A DNA stretch of 63,957 bases, the filler included, from Trypethelium eluteriae (Eukaryota): the NCBI GenBank assembly GCA_051942245.1. It is 3 parts of 3 records of this genome, joined end to end, with 100 filler letters (N's around TTAATTAATTAA, not from the genome) between each part and the next. Parts side by side here need not be neighbours in the genome. Positions count along the whole stretch, not along the records: positions 46,732 to 63,957 come from JAVECL010000596.1; 2 more parts are not named here. One strand, 5' to 3'. This document shows positions 49,315 to 61,958 of this stretch, piece by piece. The notes below the pieces were generated by a model. That model did not search any database. It worked only from the letters and a program-made list of their open reading frames with translations, and was not told where the DNA came from. Both the position numbers and the translations under genes were made by a program. Position 1 is the first letter of the stretch, and each line of letters opens with the position of its first letter.

Positions 49315-52300
49315 ATACTGGAGCTGCTGCATCTGTGCCATCTGTGCCTGCTGTGCCTGTTGCCACTGTAGCTGGGCCGCCTGGGCCGCCTGTGCCGCCT
49401 GCAATGATGCCGCCTGCTGCCGTGCCCTCTCCTGTTCCATCAGCCGTTGCTGCTCCATCATAACCTTCTGCTGCTCGACCTGACGCTGATGTTCCGCGAG
49501 ACGTTGCTGTTCGAGCGCTTGCTGTCGTTGAATCTGCTGCTGTCGACGCTCCTCGCGTTGCTGGTTGACGAGGTTCGCTTGCACAGCGTTTTGGATTGCA
49601 GCACTGCTCATGCCGGCTTTGGCGCGCTGACGGTCTTGCTCGCGCTGTGCGATTGCACCAACGAGGCCATTGCCCTCGTTGGGCGACGGCTGACGAGCAT
49701 TCTGGGCGAGATTGATGAGAGGGGAGCCAGAGGCACGTGCAACGTATTCCTGCTCTCTGGCCGAAAGATGACCTGCGGGGTCAGTGTCGCTTCGGTTCAA
49801 GAGCATGCCTGAACCACGTGAACTGGGCCGTTGGAGAAGCTCTCTGGAGCCGCGCCTGTTCAGCATGTCCTGCCGTGACCCCGGCCTTGATGAACTGAGT
49901 TCATTTCTTGATCCTGGGCGTGCGGGCAAGTCGATTCGACTTGAACTACGGTTTTGGGTCCAGTCTCCAGATACATTCCGACTTCCCGGTGGTGTTGGTG
50001 TATGACTGCCTTGTCGTTGGTGATGAGAATAGACAGGGACGGCAGCCATGGAGGCACGATGTTGCACCCATTGCTCCGGCGTGAGAGATTGACGCTTAGA
50101 TTGAATGTCCTCAGCTAGAGGCTGGACCGGTTGCCAAAACACACTGCTTCGATTATCCGGAGACTCGGCGTCATCTAGTGGTGAGCGCGACCCGGAGCGA
50201 ATGTGCGGAGAGGGAGTTGTTCGGCCGCCAAAGTAAGATGACCTTTTGTCGTCCTGAGGCGTGTCACGAAGGGGCGCAGGGCTGCCTGCACTAAGCCGAT
50301 CAGTTGACTTGTTCCGAGTATGACCGCTTGGGCTCATTGTGCCACTTGTGCCAGGGCGTCCATCAGGCGCGAGTGCGTAAGTTGGCCCAAAGTCGATGTT
50401 TGGGATGTCCGTGGTTGGCTTGATTTTTTGGTTAGGTTTATATGTAACATCTCCGATATTCACATTAGTTGGATGATCCTCAATGTTGCCCACGGTCTTC
50501 ATGGTACCCATTCTAGGTTTGTCAACGGGTCGTGCTGGTGGCAGCTCTTCCTCTATTGTACTTGCATAATCTGGCGTAGTGTTAGAATTATCCGAGTAGA
50601 TACTCTCGCTCGTTGTTGTATGCTTGGTTCCTTGACGTTGGAGCCCAGGATCTAAGGCCTGCCCGACTATGGAGTCCAGAGCACTCTCATCAATAACGTG
50701 ATTGCGGAGGCTGCCCAGACTTGAAGTCATCGATTCAGACCGAGCAGACTCAATCTGACTCGAGTCTGGTTGCTGGGGATCGCCAGGTCTAGAAAGGTTT
50801 TCCTTCGAACTCACGGGGCTGCTGCCAATGGGTTTTCGGGTAATGCTGTGCTTGGGCTTCAAAGAACTCTGCCCCAGCCGGTCAGCTATTGAGGTTGGAA
50901 TACTCATGTTATCTAGGGGTGCCGTACGCTCTTCTTGCTGCGATGGGACTGACTGACCATGCGTGGGTACTGGCGGACCAGCTGGGACACCGACAGGACC
51001 ATGAGGGAACTGATTGTCATCCACATAGGGCGAAGCGGGAATAGTAGGAAGACCCTTAGGCGCACCGAATCCCGCCTGATTCCGACTTTGCATGATTTTT
51101 GGATGGTTTAGTCCGTCAGCTGGCATCCCTGCGGGATTCATATAATCGCGTTGTAGAGGTCCAATCTGCGGTTGAGTTTGCCGCAAGCCCGTTGGCTTAT
51201 TTTCAGCGGATCTACTCCTCGGATTTGGTCCAGCCATCACAGAGGCTTGTTGGTTAGCGTCTCGCATCTGAGCAAGAGTTGCTTCATCAATATCGGAGTG
51301 TGCCCTTTGAAGATCCGCTGGATGATATAACTTCGTCTGCGGTCTGCCCCTTGCGTTGTGCGCCATGGCTGGAGGTGCAGCAACAGGACCAGGAGGCGGA
51401 GAAGTTGGTTGTAGGTGCATGGCACTCATTTCGGCAGCAAGTTGCTGCTGGTTCATCGTTCCCTCTCGTTCAGGGCTGTCTCCGCTATGCGGCACACCAT
51501 TCAAGCCCACAGCAAACATTCCAGCTCTCTCGGGGGAACCCTCAGTAGAAACGGCGTGAGTAGGGGGCACAGGTGGCCTTGCGCTTGCACTTTCCTCGTG
51601 AGACAGTCGTGACGGTGTTTCTGATTGATATTTGCGGTAGCCTTGCGCTTCAGAAACCGATCGCTGATGACTAGGTGGTTGGAATCCTCCAACTGGTGGC
51701 GCCGAATCAACACGCTGAGGGGCAATTATGGGCGAAGCAGAATCACCCGGGCGAGTAGGAGAGCCGCGACGGGGTGACGAGGGAGTTGATGAAGTTTCGT
51801 CAAATCGGACACCACCGTTTCGACTGAGAGATCCTCCTGCCCTGCTTTCAGTAGCCCGGCGCCCACCAGCTCTGCTGACTGATCTACTACCGTCTGCGAC
51901 ACCGTTTGTCATGCGATGAGATGTTAAACTCTTCATCTGCTTTCTCCATTCTCGCTCACTCCAACTTGAACTTCCTTTTTCGTGTATCAGGCCTGCAACA
52001 TCGAGGATGTCCAGATAACCATATCTTCTCGACGACGGCAAGGCAAACATCAGACTCCGGGTATCGCGAACATCGGCGACGAGACGACTTGGACGTCCAT
52101 AGAGACCAAATGTGTCAAAAACTGGGAACAACCATCGCAACATAATTTCGAAGCCACTGACAGCGGGATGAACTTCAGGCATGACAAAGATGAAGCCTTC
52201 TGTGGTGGTATCCTGCGGTCCGTGTGCGGTGATCAAACCTTCGAGTTTGATTAATGTCGACTGGTCAATCAGCGGTTTAGATTGGGGGTAAATTGAATAG

Positions 52301-53527
52301 CAAGAAAATGCGTCTGTGATTGTCACGATTGGTTGCGTCTTTTTGGTGATCTTTTTCGTCTCGTAGAATTTCACATCACCTTTCAAGATAGGTGTTGAGC
52401 GGTCATAGATTGGGCGCTTCTTTAGACTTTTCTGTAATTTCTGATATTCCTTTTCGTTTGGTGGCGATATGACACACCAACAACGTTTCCACGGGGTACC
52501 CGCACCGAAACGTACGCGAACCCAGTCCTCGGTAATAAATCGTGACCTCTCCATAATTTGTCGAATGTTATTCAGCATCTTGCCCTTTCCAGCAATCAGA
52601 GATCCAGTGTACGCCTCTTGGAGAGTGGCGTGCTCAAACATGGCTAATCGGATGCCGGCGGTCCACTGTGTGAGAGAGCTGAGGGAGTTGAAATGGAGCA
52701 GGTAACGATTGTTGGCAGCCGTGGATACGCTGAGGACGTTTTGCAATGAGCCCCCACTTTGACCATTCATAGGCAATGATTCAATCTGAGGAATAGGTAT
52801 TAGTGCATGATGGCGCTCGATTATCCACTAACGTGGGAACGAACCATCTTGATTGAGGCATCACTTAGATTGATGAACATTGGCACGACTTCACCATCTT
52901 CGCCAGCTGCGTCCAGCGCCGCGGCATCCCAAAGTGATAGCACTGTTCCTACCAGCTGTGCAAAGCATTCAACCCAGTTTCGATCCGGACTCGGTCTGCC
53001 TCCTGTCTCCTTTGTCAGTGGCTGACTACTTCTCCGATACTTACTCAAAGTACTCACGAGAGTCAAGATCATGGAGTTTCAGGAAATATCCCTCTTGATA
53101 TAATTTATTCGCATGGCTGTTCAGGAATGTGAAGATGGGTTGCAGTTCCGCTGGCGTATCTTCATCCACTCCCATGATGGGTGGTTGATACGTCATGAGC
53201 ATCGACACCGGCCGCGACGCCGGACGAGGAGCTTCGGAGCGAGCACGAGGCCGCGGGGTTGGCGAAGGAGAGGACAAGTCGATGAGGTTTGCAGTGGATG
53301 CGGTGGGAGTAATAGTGGCAGTATTGACCGATCCTTTCTTTTCGTGCTGTGCTGTTGTAGGAGACGAAGGCGAGGAAGTGGTAGGTGATCGAGGTGCGCC
53401 GTAGCCCCATTGGCTCATGAATGAGAGGACTGCGCGAAGCAAGGAAGGTCAGCTCGTCAGCTCGCGCGGACCCAATAACAACACGAAAAACAAATTTTCG
53501 CAGTCACTTACCCCGGGGACGCGGCAT
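49102..53527 (-). CDS. PH-domain protein of the Caf120/Skg3 family with Q-rich C-terminus
   Basis: Micro first exon MPRPR (53527, donor GTAAGT) joins VLSF. Motifs PIFTFLNSHANKLYQEGYFLKLHDLD, WVECFAQLVGTVLSLWDA, STAANNRYLLHF, EDWVRVRFGAGTPWKRCWCVI and MPEVHPAVSGFE..FDTFGLYGRP. Confidence 0.88.
49283..49314 (+). repeat. (CTG)n / poly-Q coding microsatellite
   Basis: A run of ctgctgctg... encodes QQQQQQQQQQ on the minus strand. Confidence 0.9.
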
Positions 53528-55124
53528 CCTGTCGGGAGCTCAGTCCAGGTCAAGTTGGATTTTTAAAATTGTGTTGCAAACGGGGCCGGGCTTGAACACC
53601 TTCTGGAAAGTGACTTGCAGTAAATTATAGCCGGCCGTATGCGGATTCGCCGGTGTCGTGGGACCAGAGCACGAGATATAAGGTGTGAAAAAGCCCTGAG
53701 AGGTGTGTCGAGAGTGTGACTAACGGCAGAGAACGAGTGTCACGACAGACACAGTCATGAAAAGTGATTCCACGGGCAGGAAAGCTTGGGTTGAGGAAGT
53801 TTCGAGGTAGTTTTAATGGTGTGGAGTGGATGATTTCCGGTAATGACGACGCCGCAAGCCCCTGCCTTGCCGTGATCGTCAAAAGATGGGCCCGTTAACC
53901 GTCAGAACCTTGCAATGATGGATCGGAGTTTCGGCCTTGATGGTTACGACGAGAGAGTCACAGCAAGTGCGGACAGAGTGGTGATGCTGGCAGTCTTGTA
54001 TTCTACGCTTATGTTTCGTTACTTCGAACCAGGCATGTCTCAGGAAACAGCATCCGTCAGCGGCTGTTCGCGGTTACAAACAGGAAAAGAAGCTGACGAC
54101 ACGCATGGCCACTAAGGCAGGCAAGTCTGCCGCGAGTTATGGCGTGCCGCCAGCATCGAGTGGCTGCCGAGAGCCGCAATATTTCGGACGATGCCAAATG
54201 GGTAATGCTCTTCGCAAAACAGCCAAGTTCAGCACCACACTGCGTCAGTGACTTCCTAAGTCAGGAGCGCCATCGTACGTGGATTCAATAGTGACTCAGG
54301 GGATCATATGTGACCATGTTCAGAGGCTGCAATTCACAGCACAATGGCCTCTGAATAACGCGGCGGAAAACGACAATACCTACATTCTGAGATCTCTGTA
54401 CGGAATACACATGATCAAAGCATACGGGCTCGGAAGGCTTCGGGAGAGTGTGGAGTGAGGCTTCTCCAATATCGCCAAGATGCCGGCGTATCATGCGACG
54501 CTTCGTCTACACCGCAGGCCTTTTCACCTTCTGAAAATCCTCTCTGCTCGTCGTTGCCCGTTGGAGCTCTCGTTTTGCTGACCTTGAATCGGTGTGCTTA
54601 AATAAGAGGTGGAGACACCAGGAGCTACACCAGCTGGTCAATCGTACCCAAATGTCCGATCTGCAGCCATAGTGCGCTAGTTTTTATTAGGCTAAGCTAC
54701 CGAGGAGCCGAGTAACTAGGTAGAAAATGGTAACCCCAGTCTTGTTATCCTCGTCGCGGAGTCAAGTGCGCCGAAAATGCCGGGCTTCCTTCGACGTCAA
54801 CGCCCCAAGAGACACGGACTTCACGCGTCGAGAGGTAGGAGGCACAGTGGCAGCTGTTGCGTGTCCCTAACCATCACGTTCGCGCAGTCATCCATGTTGA
54901 ATGTGATTCTAGGGTCGCTGTCACCCCGTACGCGCTGCCAAAAGGCCTGAGTCGTCTCTTAACGCGCGCGCTAAATCTTCTCGGCGAGCCCATTTAGGCA
55001 CCATCTCATGTGAAAACTTTACTCAGGTTTTCGCCTCGAGATCAGAGAAGAGGCACTTCGTCAACTGCCCATCTCCTTCGACTCCTTTCGTGATTTCTTT
55101 CCTAAACCACTGCATCAATCAGTC

Positions 55125-56587
55125 ATGGCTATCAAACGCAAGCGCTCTGCGAGTACCAGCAATGGTCCCGCTTCCCAAGGTGGCGCTAAAGTCAATGGGG
55201 CGTCAGAAGCTTCGAAATCGAAGCCGAAGAAAGTACAGTCATCGTCGCATGCAGATTGGGTGGACTACAAGGTCAGATATCCGCAAGCGCGCAAAGGGAA
55301 AAGGTCGTCGCGAAAATCACTTCCTTCTAATGAAGAGCCAAATTCTCAACCAAATCCATACAGTGAAGGCCAAACACAGATTTACGAGATTGTACCGCAA
55401 AGCTGGACTGAACTCGGCCGTTACAAGAAGTTCCGGCGTAAGTCCAACATAAATCTAAAGCACTGCAACCCGGCTGATCTTGCTCTTTAGTTATGGAAGA
55501 AACCAGCGATCCCATGCGCATTGGCGATGTGGTACTTGTCAACAATGACTTTGGAACTGGAGCAGATGGCGAGGTGGATATCTTCAAACAATGGAAAGCT
55601 CATGTCCTAGAGATCCGGGCCAAAGATCCTCAGCATGTGTATCTTCGAGTCTTCTGGATCTACGACCCTGAAGAACTACCGGGGGGACGAAGACCATACC
55701 ACGGCGAATACGAACTAGTACCTTCTAATGACATGGCCATCATCGACGCAATGACTGTGAATGGTCTAGTGACTCTGACGAAGTGGAACGAGTATAATGA
55801 TGATGAAGACCCTGATACCGGCACAGACGAAAATCCCGGGTTTTATTGGAGACAGACTTACAATATACACACACGTCAACTTTCAGTAAGTCGATATGCC
55901 ACCATTCCTACTATTCTTCTGTTCTGACCAATGCCATTTTTAAAACAGCAACTGCGACAGCACTGTTTCTGCAATAAACCCTCAAATCCAGATAATCTCC
56001 TTGTCCAATGTACCAACAAAGCCACATGCGGTCGCTGGCTTCATAGCGAATGTCTCAAGGAGAAAGTTATCGAAAGGGCAATAAACCAGAATTCATCCGG
56101 TCTGAACACAGAATCAACGCCCTCCAAAAAACAGCGGCTGGTAGACGAATCACCGAAGAAGTCAACGGCATCTCCCCATAAAAACAAGACGAGGAAGAGT
56201 AGAGGCAGCAAAGAGGATCCGATTTTTACAGCTGAGGTCGTCGCAACATCAGGTAAGAAGGGCCACAGACTCAAGATTCACGATTTCCGTGAGGGACACA
56301 ATGGCGAAGAGTGGGAAGAGCGCATCTACTGCCTATGCTGTAGCGCACTCCTTGTGGACGAGGGTGAGGAGCAACCGCAACCCGACAGCAAAGTCAATCT
56401 GGATACGGTCCTACATGACGAGGGATCTGGCACAGATGAGATCACTGTCAAAGGGCAGGGTGCAAATGGCACCGTTGCCAGTACTCCTCCGGTCCGCGTG
56501 GTGACCAATCAGGACGAGAATTCCGTGGGGGAAGAGAAAATCAATGGTGAAGGTGCAAGTAAGTTCACCCAGAGAGTAATTGGATGA
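55125..56587 (+). CDS. BAH-PHD domain chromatin reader (EPR-1/BP1/EBS-like)
   Basis: Introns 55438..55490 and 55886..55948. BAH domain: IGDVVLV..WKAHVLEIRA..HVYLRVFWIY.PEELPGGRRPYHG..ELVPSN..IIDA..V..FYWRQTY. PHD: CFCNKPSNPDNLLVQC...CGRWLHSECL, with a distant CLCC. Confidence 0.88.
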
Positions 56588-57490
56588 GCGCTCTTTGACC
56601 GGATGCTATCAGATTCGCCCAGCCCTTCCAAGGGTCTCATGGGATCGATTGCCTCCATCTTTAGCAACGGGACTTAAAGAGGATTCGCAGATCTGGAGTC
56701 CACATACGTGTCCACGACAAGGTATTCTGCTTTCGCTGTATTTATCGAATTTTCGCCATCTTGCTTTGGATTGCTTTGAGAAATTGTGGTTTACCTTATG
56801 AACGGGATGTGTGGTAAGGTGATTATTGTCCTTGAGCACTCGCTAAAAGCCATTTAGCGCAATAGGCGCGGGAGGTTTACGTTCTTGCTGCTGCGTAATT
56901 TACGCTTGCTATTTACTGCTGATATCCAAGTCCTCTGATTTACCCCGTTATGTATATTCATCTATTACGAAGATCTGAACGTCGGAGAAGCAAATGCATA
57001 TAGTACTTTGATGCATCTAAGCTATCGAGCGGTTCATTTGAGTCCAGTGAGACATTGATTCGTGCTCAAACGACGTAACTCAACGTCTATGGCTCATCTA
57101 GTACAAAACTCTGCTACAATAATTCCTGGAGTACCCGTTCTACTAAAACCTCTCCATCTAGGATTAAACCCATTCATCATGCCCCATATAAAATAGGAAT
57201 CCTAGCAACAAGAATGAGCAATCACGATCTCAATGGACAGATGGTCCTCGGGTGTGACAGGACGACCATGTTCCATCTGAAGTCGCGTCGCGGGGTGCTG
57301 TCGCTTGACAGTCCTCCCAGTAGCAACCCTTCGATACACTCTCCACGTTACGCGAGGAAAGACCTACAGTCTTCGACGTCTTTCCCTCAGCGAATACCAG
57401 CTAGATTGACCATTCCACAGGGCGCACATTTCAATCAAACCCTATCACTCTTGTCAAGGCTCTTGAATCCATCCAACGGAAACAGCCATT

Positions 57491-58999
57491 TCACGGCCAC
57501 CAGTTCATGCGTTTGTAACTTTCAATCACGTCCTGGACTTCTGCCTTCGTTATTCGCTCATGCTTGTACCTAGAAAGATTGAGTCAGCCACTCCTCATCG
57601 CCTTTAAAAATTTCAAGGAAACCTACTTAAATCCAGCCACCCTCTCGAACCTTGTCCCATCCAGATTCACATCCTTATCCTGCAACAGTTCCTTCTCCAT
57701 GAACGGCGTCAACGGCGTATTCTCCACACAATCACTCTTCCTCAGCATCTCACTCCACGGATCCAGCGTCTCATCGTTCACATCATCGACGACATGCTCC
57801 AGATTCATCCGCGCAAACGTATTGATAAACGCATTCGTGAACGTCGTCGGAATAGCAAACACCTCATTGACCAGCCCCGCCAGCGCCGCCTGTGTCGTCG
57901 CCCCATGATCCACAACATTGAACACCGGAAACGCCGTCGCAGCATCATTTGCTCCCGCCGAAAACGGCGACACGCTCGTCGACGCCGGCAACGATGCCCG
58001 CCATGTCGCCGCCGTCCACAACGCACGCGCCACATCCTCGACATGCACGCACGACGTCTTGAGCTCCCGGCCCCAGAGGAATTTCATATCCTTGCCGAGC
58101 TGCTGGTAGACGCGAGCGAGCGCGAGCGCCGTGCCGAGCCAGCGACCGGTGTAGGGCCCGTAAACATGCGCCGTGCGCATCACCACCAATGGCAGCCCCC
58201 CTCTTCCTCCTCCTGCTCCTCCTCCTACTGCTCCCCCTTGTTTCTGCAGTTGCAGCTTCCCCAGCGCCTCCTCCGCCTCGAGCTTCCACTTCGCGAGCTT
58301 AAGCCACGGCTTGCAGCGGTCGTGTTCGCGGCGAGGGGCCTTGTCGGGCGCGTAGACGAAGCCGGTCGAGACTTCGACGAAGGCCTTGCAGCCGCCGGCG
58401 TCGGCGACTGCTTGCCCGAGCGACAGCGACAGCATGTAGCTGCGGTTGCGGTAGACGGCGTCGTCTTGGCTGTAGCGCGTCTCGCCGCCGCAGTTGAAGA
58501 TGTAGTCGTAGGTTTTACCGGCGGGGGTTTTGAGCAGCTTGGCGAGGATGTCGGGGCGGCTGGCGTCGGCTTGCATGAATTTGTCTTTGGAGCAGGCGGA
58601 GGCGAATTCGGGGGCCAGCATTGCGAGCTCGGGGAGCTGCTTGTCGACGAGGCGGACGCTCGAGGCGAGTTGGTTCTGGTGGATGTAGAGGGCGAGGAAG
58701 CGGCCGATGTAGCCTGGAGGGAGCCATTGTTAGAGGTGCTTGGGAGAATCACGGAGGTGAAGCTGATGTTGTGAAGGAAGATTGGTTGGTGTTTGTATTG
58801 CTGGACAGTGGTAGGGTAGGGATTGACGGGTAAGATGGGTGAATTGGCACGGTTAAAAAGCAATAATGCCAGTAATGCGGGGGACAATTGACTTGCCTAG
58901 GCCCCCTATGATCAAAACTGACGGCTTTTCTGCATCTGCGTGGTCTGTCGAGTCATTGACCGCCTTTGGCAGTGATTGTTGTTCTGCCCCGTCAGCCAT
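57491..58999 (-). CDS. NAD-dependent epimerase/dehydratase family (extended SDR) protein
   Basis: ATG 58999. KPSVLIIGGLG|YIGRFLA is joined by a GC-AG intron 58714..58896. Further motifs are VRLVDKQLPELA, YIFNCGGETRYSQ, W...K..AE, AHVYGPY and CVHVEDVARA. The last intron 57570..57626 leads to ..ESYKRMNWWP*. Confidence 0.9.
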
Positions 59000-60065
59000 G
59001 ATGGACAACGATGGAATCGAAAGCTGTTCAGAAGCTCAGTGGCACTGAAACCAAGAAGAGCGACTCAAAATATGGACGAGCAGGCAGGCACCCAAGGAAC
59101 CAGCAATATTTAATCCGGCCCAGGGTCCGGGCGTCTTAATTTAGTGAGGGCACCGAGGGTTTGAAGTCACAGGGTATGACGGTGGGATCCGTCATTGAGC
59201 GGGGGAGGGGATAGCAGATGGAAGCGAGCAAAGCAAATCTGAGGCGTATGGTGCGTATCGTACACTGAGACTGCGGCGGCAGGAACGGGCGAGCCGGAGA
59301 CAAGCTGCCTATCTTGCTACGCTTGCTAAAGGGATCTGAACCGATGCCTGGAAGGAGCTTTGTCCGTTACACTAGCTTTAGGGGTTTAGGTTGAAGACGG
59401 AGATTGAGTGCGGCTACAACAGTTTGGTTCTGGTTCCCGAAGCTACGGCGATGGGGCCGATAGGGGCCAGAAGTGTCGCGCTGTTGTCTGGTGCTGTCTG
59501 GTGATGCGGGTTAGGTGCCTTGCAGAAGGATTGGAATCCAAGCAGAGGCTGGAAGATTGCAGGTGCTTATAACTGGAGCAATACATCGTGCTTCGTCCAG
59601 AGCAGTAGATGAATCTGCCTAATCTAAGGTGCTTAGGTGCTTACCTTAGGTGCTTAGGTGCTAAAGAGCTGCTCCAACCCTGCAGAAAGCAAGAGCCAGG
59701 TCCGAACTCTAAGCAGAATCATCCCGCTCCCGCTCCCGTACCTTGTTCCCTTGCCCCCTGTTCCCTTGGCTGCTCGTTCCTACAGTCCAATCAGTACATG
59801 TACGTTGTGTACCTTGTCCATGCAGCTCATCCAGCCTGGCCTGCCTAGTCACAAGACCAACAATTGCATCTTATACAAATGCGCTCAATTGCACTTTCAG
59901 CTGCGCATTATGCGGCCCCGCTTTGCTGCTGTTGTCGTACCAAACGAGACACTATACACTGTCAGGCTGCTCCACACACTCCTCAACATATCGGTCTTCT
60001 AAAACATGCAGCACATCACTATCACACTTACAGCTTGCGGCCAACATCTGTCATACTGTCAATAA

Positions 60066-60900
60066 AATGACTCGCTTCAAGTCGCCGGAAGAGGTTGCTG
60101 GCTTACGAATCAGGATCATGCTCTCTCTCATTCGCGCAAAAGTCATGACGATCGAGACATCCAGACCACCAAAACTTCAGCTGATTACATGCTGCCACGG
60201 CTGACACCATTCCAAGTTGTCGGGTGAAGAGAAGGGCTATTGCTTCCCGGCACCGGATGCAGCTCCGCTGATCCTCCCATACATAGTTACTGAGCTCAAC
60301 AGTAGTGCAGGTACGGAGTACTTTATTTGCTTTTTGCAATCTACTAAGAGTGTGAGAATTTGCCCGACATATTCAACAAGGGCATCAAGTCTTAAGATCA
60401 ACGCACTTCTTAGGCTACCTTGAATTTGGAATGCCGGGGAATCGGTTGAAAGAATTGCAACCATTCAGAATGCCCGTTACGCTGATACGGTATACGACCA
60501 AGAAAGCCTGTGACATCAATACCTGCCAAACGGGTTAGAAGCCGGCCGAACGGGACAGTGCTTGCAGAATTAAACTTCCGCAATTTCAGTTTCAGAAGCT
60601 TCGACACTGGCGCGGACGCCTTTCTATATTAAGATTTCATTGTCTTCCTTACATGTGCAGTCGACTTAATGCCGCAACTCCACTCATTGTGGATCGAAAG
60701 CAAACATTCGGACATGCAAGGCGTTGGCATCTGCAGGGAAAGAGGTAACTTGCACCTGCTGCTGTCAAAATAATGGTTTCCAATAGTTTTCTGCCATATC
60801 ACGGAGCGGTGTTTGAATGCAGTCCCGGAAGATATCCGACCAACCATTCGAAATATGCTTCATCTCCGGATCGTCATCGTGATACTTCCAATATCTCACG
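60066..60900 (+). pseudogene. Possible decayed relic of a fungal PD-(D/E)XK-like (DUF7924-type) gene
   Basis: Fragments LILPYIVTELNSSA (60268-60309), ERIATIQNARY (~60448-60480) and FLTCAVD..LHSLWIE resemble the order FPFL..E.K / A..QNA / FS...D....H.HW. They are interrupted by stops and frameshifts. Confidence 0.3.
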
Positions 60901-61958
60901 GTTCCGCTGTGATCCTTGTCCTCGTCTACAGAAAATAACAAACAAGACGCTCCAGTCAGTCTTACTCGCACCACACCCTAATTTACTTTTTCCCCAAAAT
61001 GCCACTCCACTCTTCAATTGGATTTTGCTCATTCTCTCTCGGTCCTGTTCATCTTCCCCTTTTCCATGTCTCGCCATCCTCGTACGACACTCGCACTGGT
61101 GAGGTACGACAAGCCAATGCGTCTCGAGAAGGCCGATGACCCTGCACACAACGTCGTATTCGCATTACATGGTTTTCTGATGCATCGGCTTTATTGCTGT
61201 AATACGTGGGATATGCGGGGAAATCCGAGCATCAGTTGCTTTCTTTTGTTGTAAAACGCAATGAGTGGTGCCATTCATCGTGTTATTTTCCAACTTTATG
61301 TGCACTTATGTTCTCCGCTCGCAAGCAGAGGAACGACGTAGTCTACACGAGTAATCTAGCGCAGAGTGAGTACATTACCCTCCTCTTGACAAAGTAATAC
61401 CCTCATAGCAGAGTTTTCTGAGACAACTCGCTTCGTATTGTCGCAAATGCTTACAGCACGCGCATTTGAAGTACGCTTGTGCCTTCGTTGGACCACGGTG
61501 GACCCGCATATGGCATGTCCACCGAACGCTGGGGAAAGGACCTATTCTTATCGAAGCCAATTTGGCTTAAGCGAGGATCAAACTTGTGCTAGGTCCTCTA
61601 TTAGTTGACCTAGCCTGAATCATCTCAGTATATTACCTCAGGGAGGTATGCACGGCCATGCAGGGTCCTTAACGTCTCAGGGCAAATTCCCGTCCAAAAA
61701 TGGAAAATATCTCGCTTGTGACGTACACGGAGAAATTCGAATTTGCGGGGAATCCCAGATTCCGAGAACTCTCAAAAGATTCCCCAAAACTGATTATTCG
61801 GGGTAGTCTTCACCGATTCTGAATCATGATGTTTTGCAAATCTGCATTCATCGTCTAAGACAGCGCATTGAAGGTCGTGGCTGGATTTACATCTGCTTGG
61901 AGGTTGGTCATTTCAGTATTGTCAATCTCAAACACCATATTTTCGGGCAACTTTCACG

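Noticed and set aside
57794..58774. 326-aa + strand ORF antisense to the epimerase, and similar shadows at 38985-39980, 47073-47532 and 12424-13002
   Set aside because: These are shadow ORFs caused by extreme GC3 codon bias of the real gene. They have no recognisable motifs.
59375..59665. TTAGG-containing short repeats resembling telomeric sequence
   Set aside because: They are not tandem TTAGGG; only a few degenerate copies are present.
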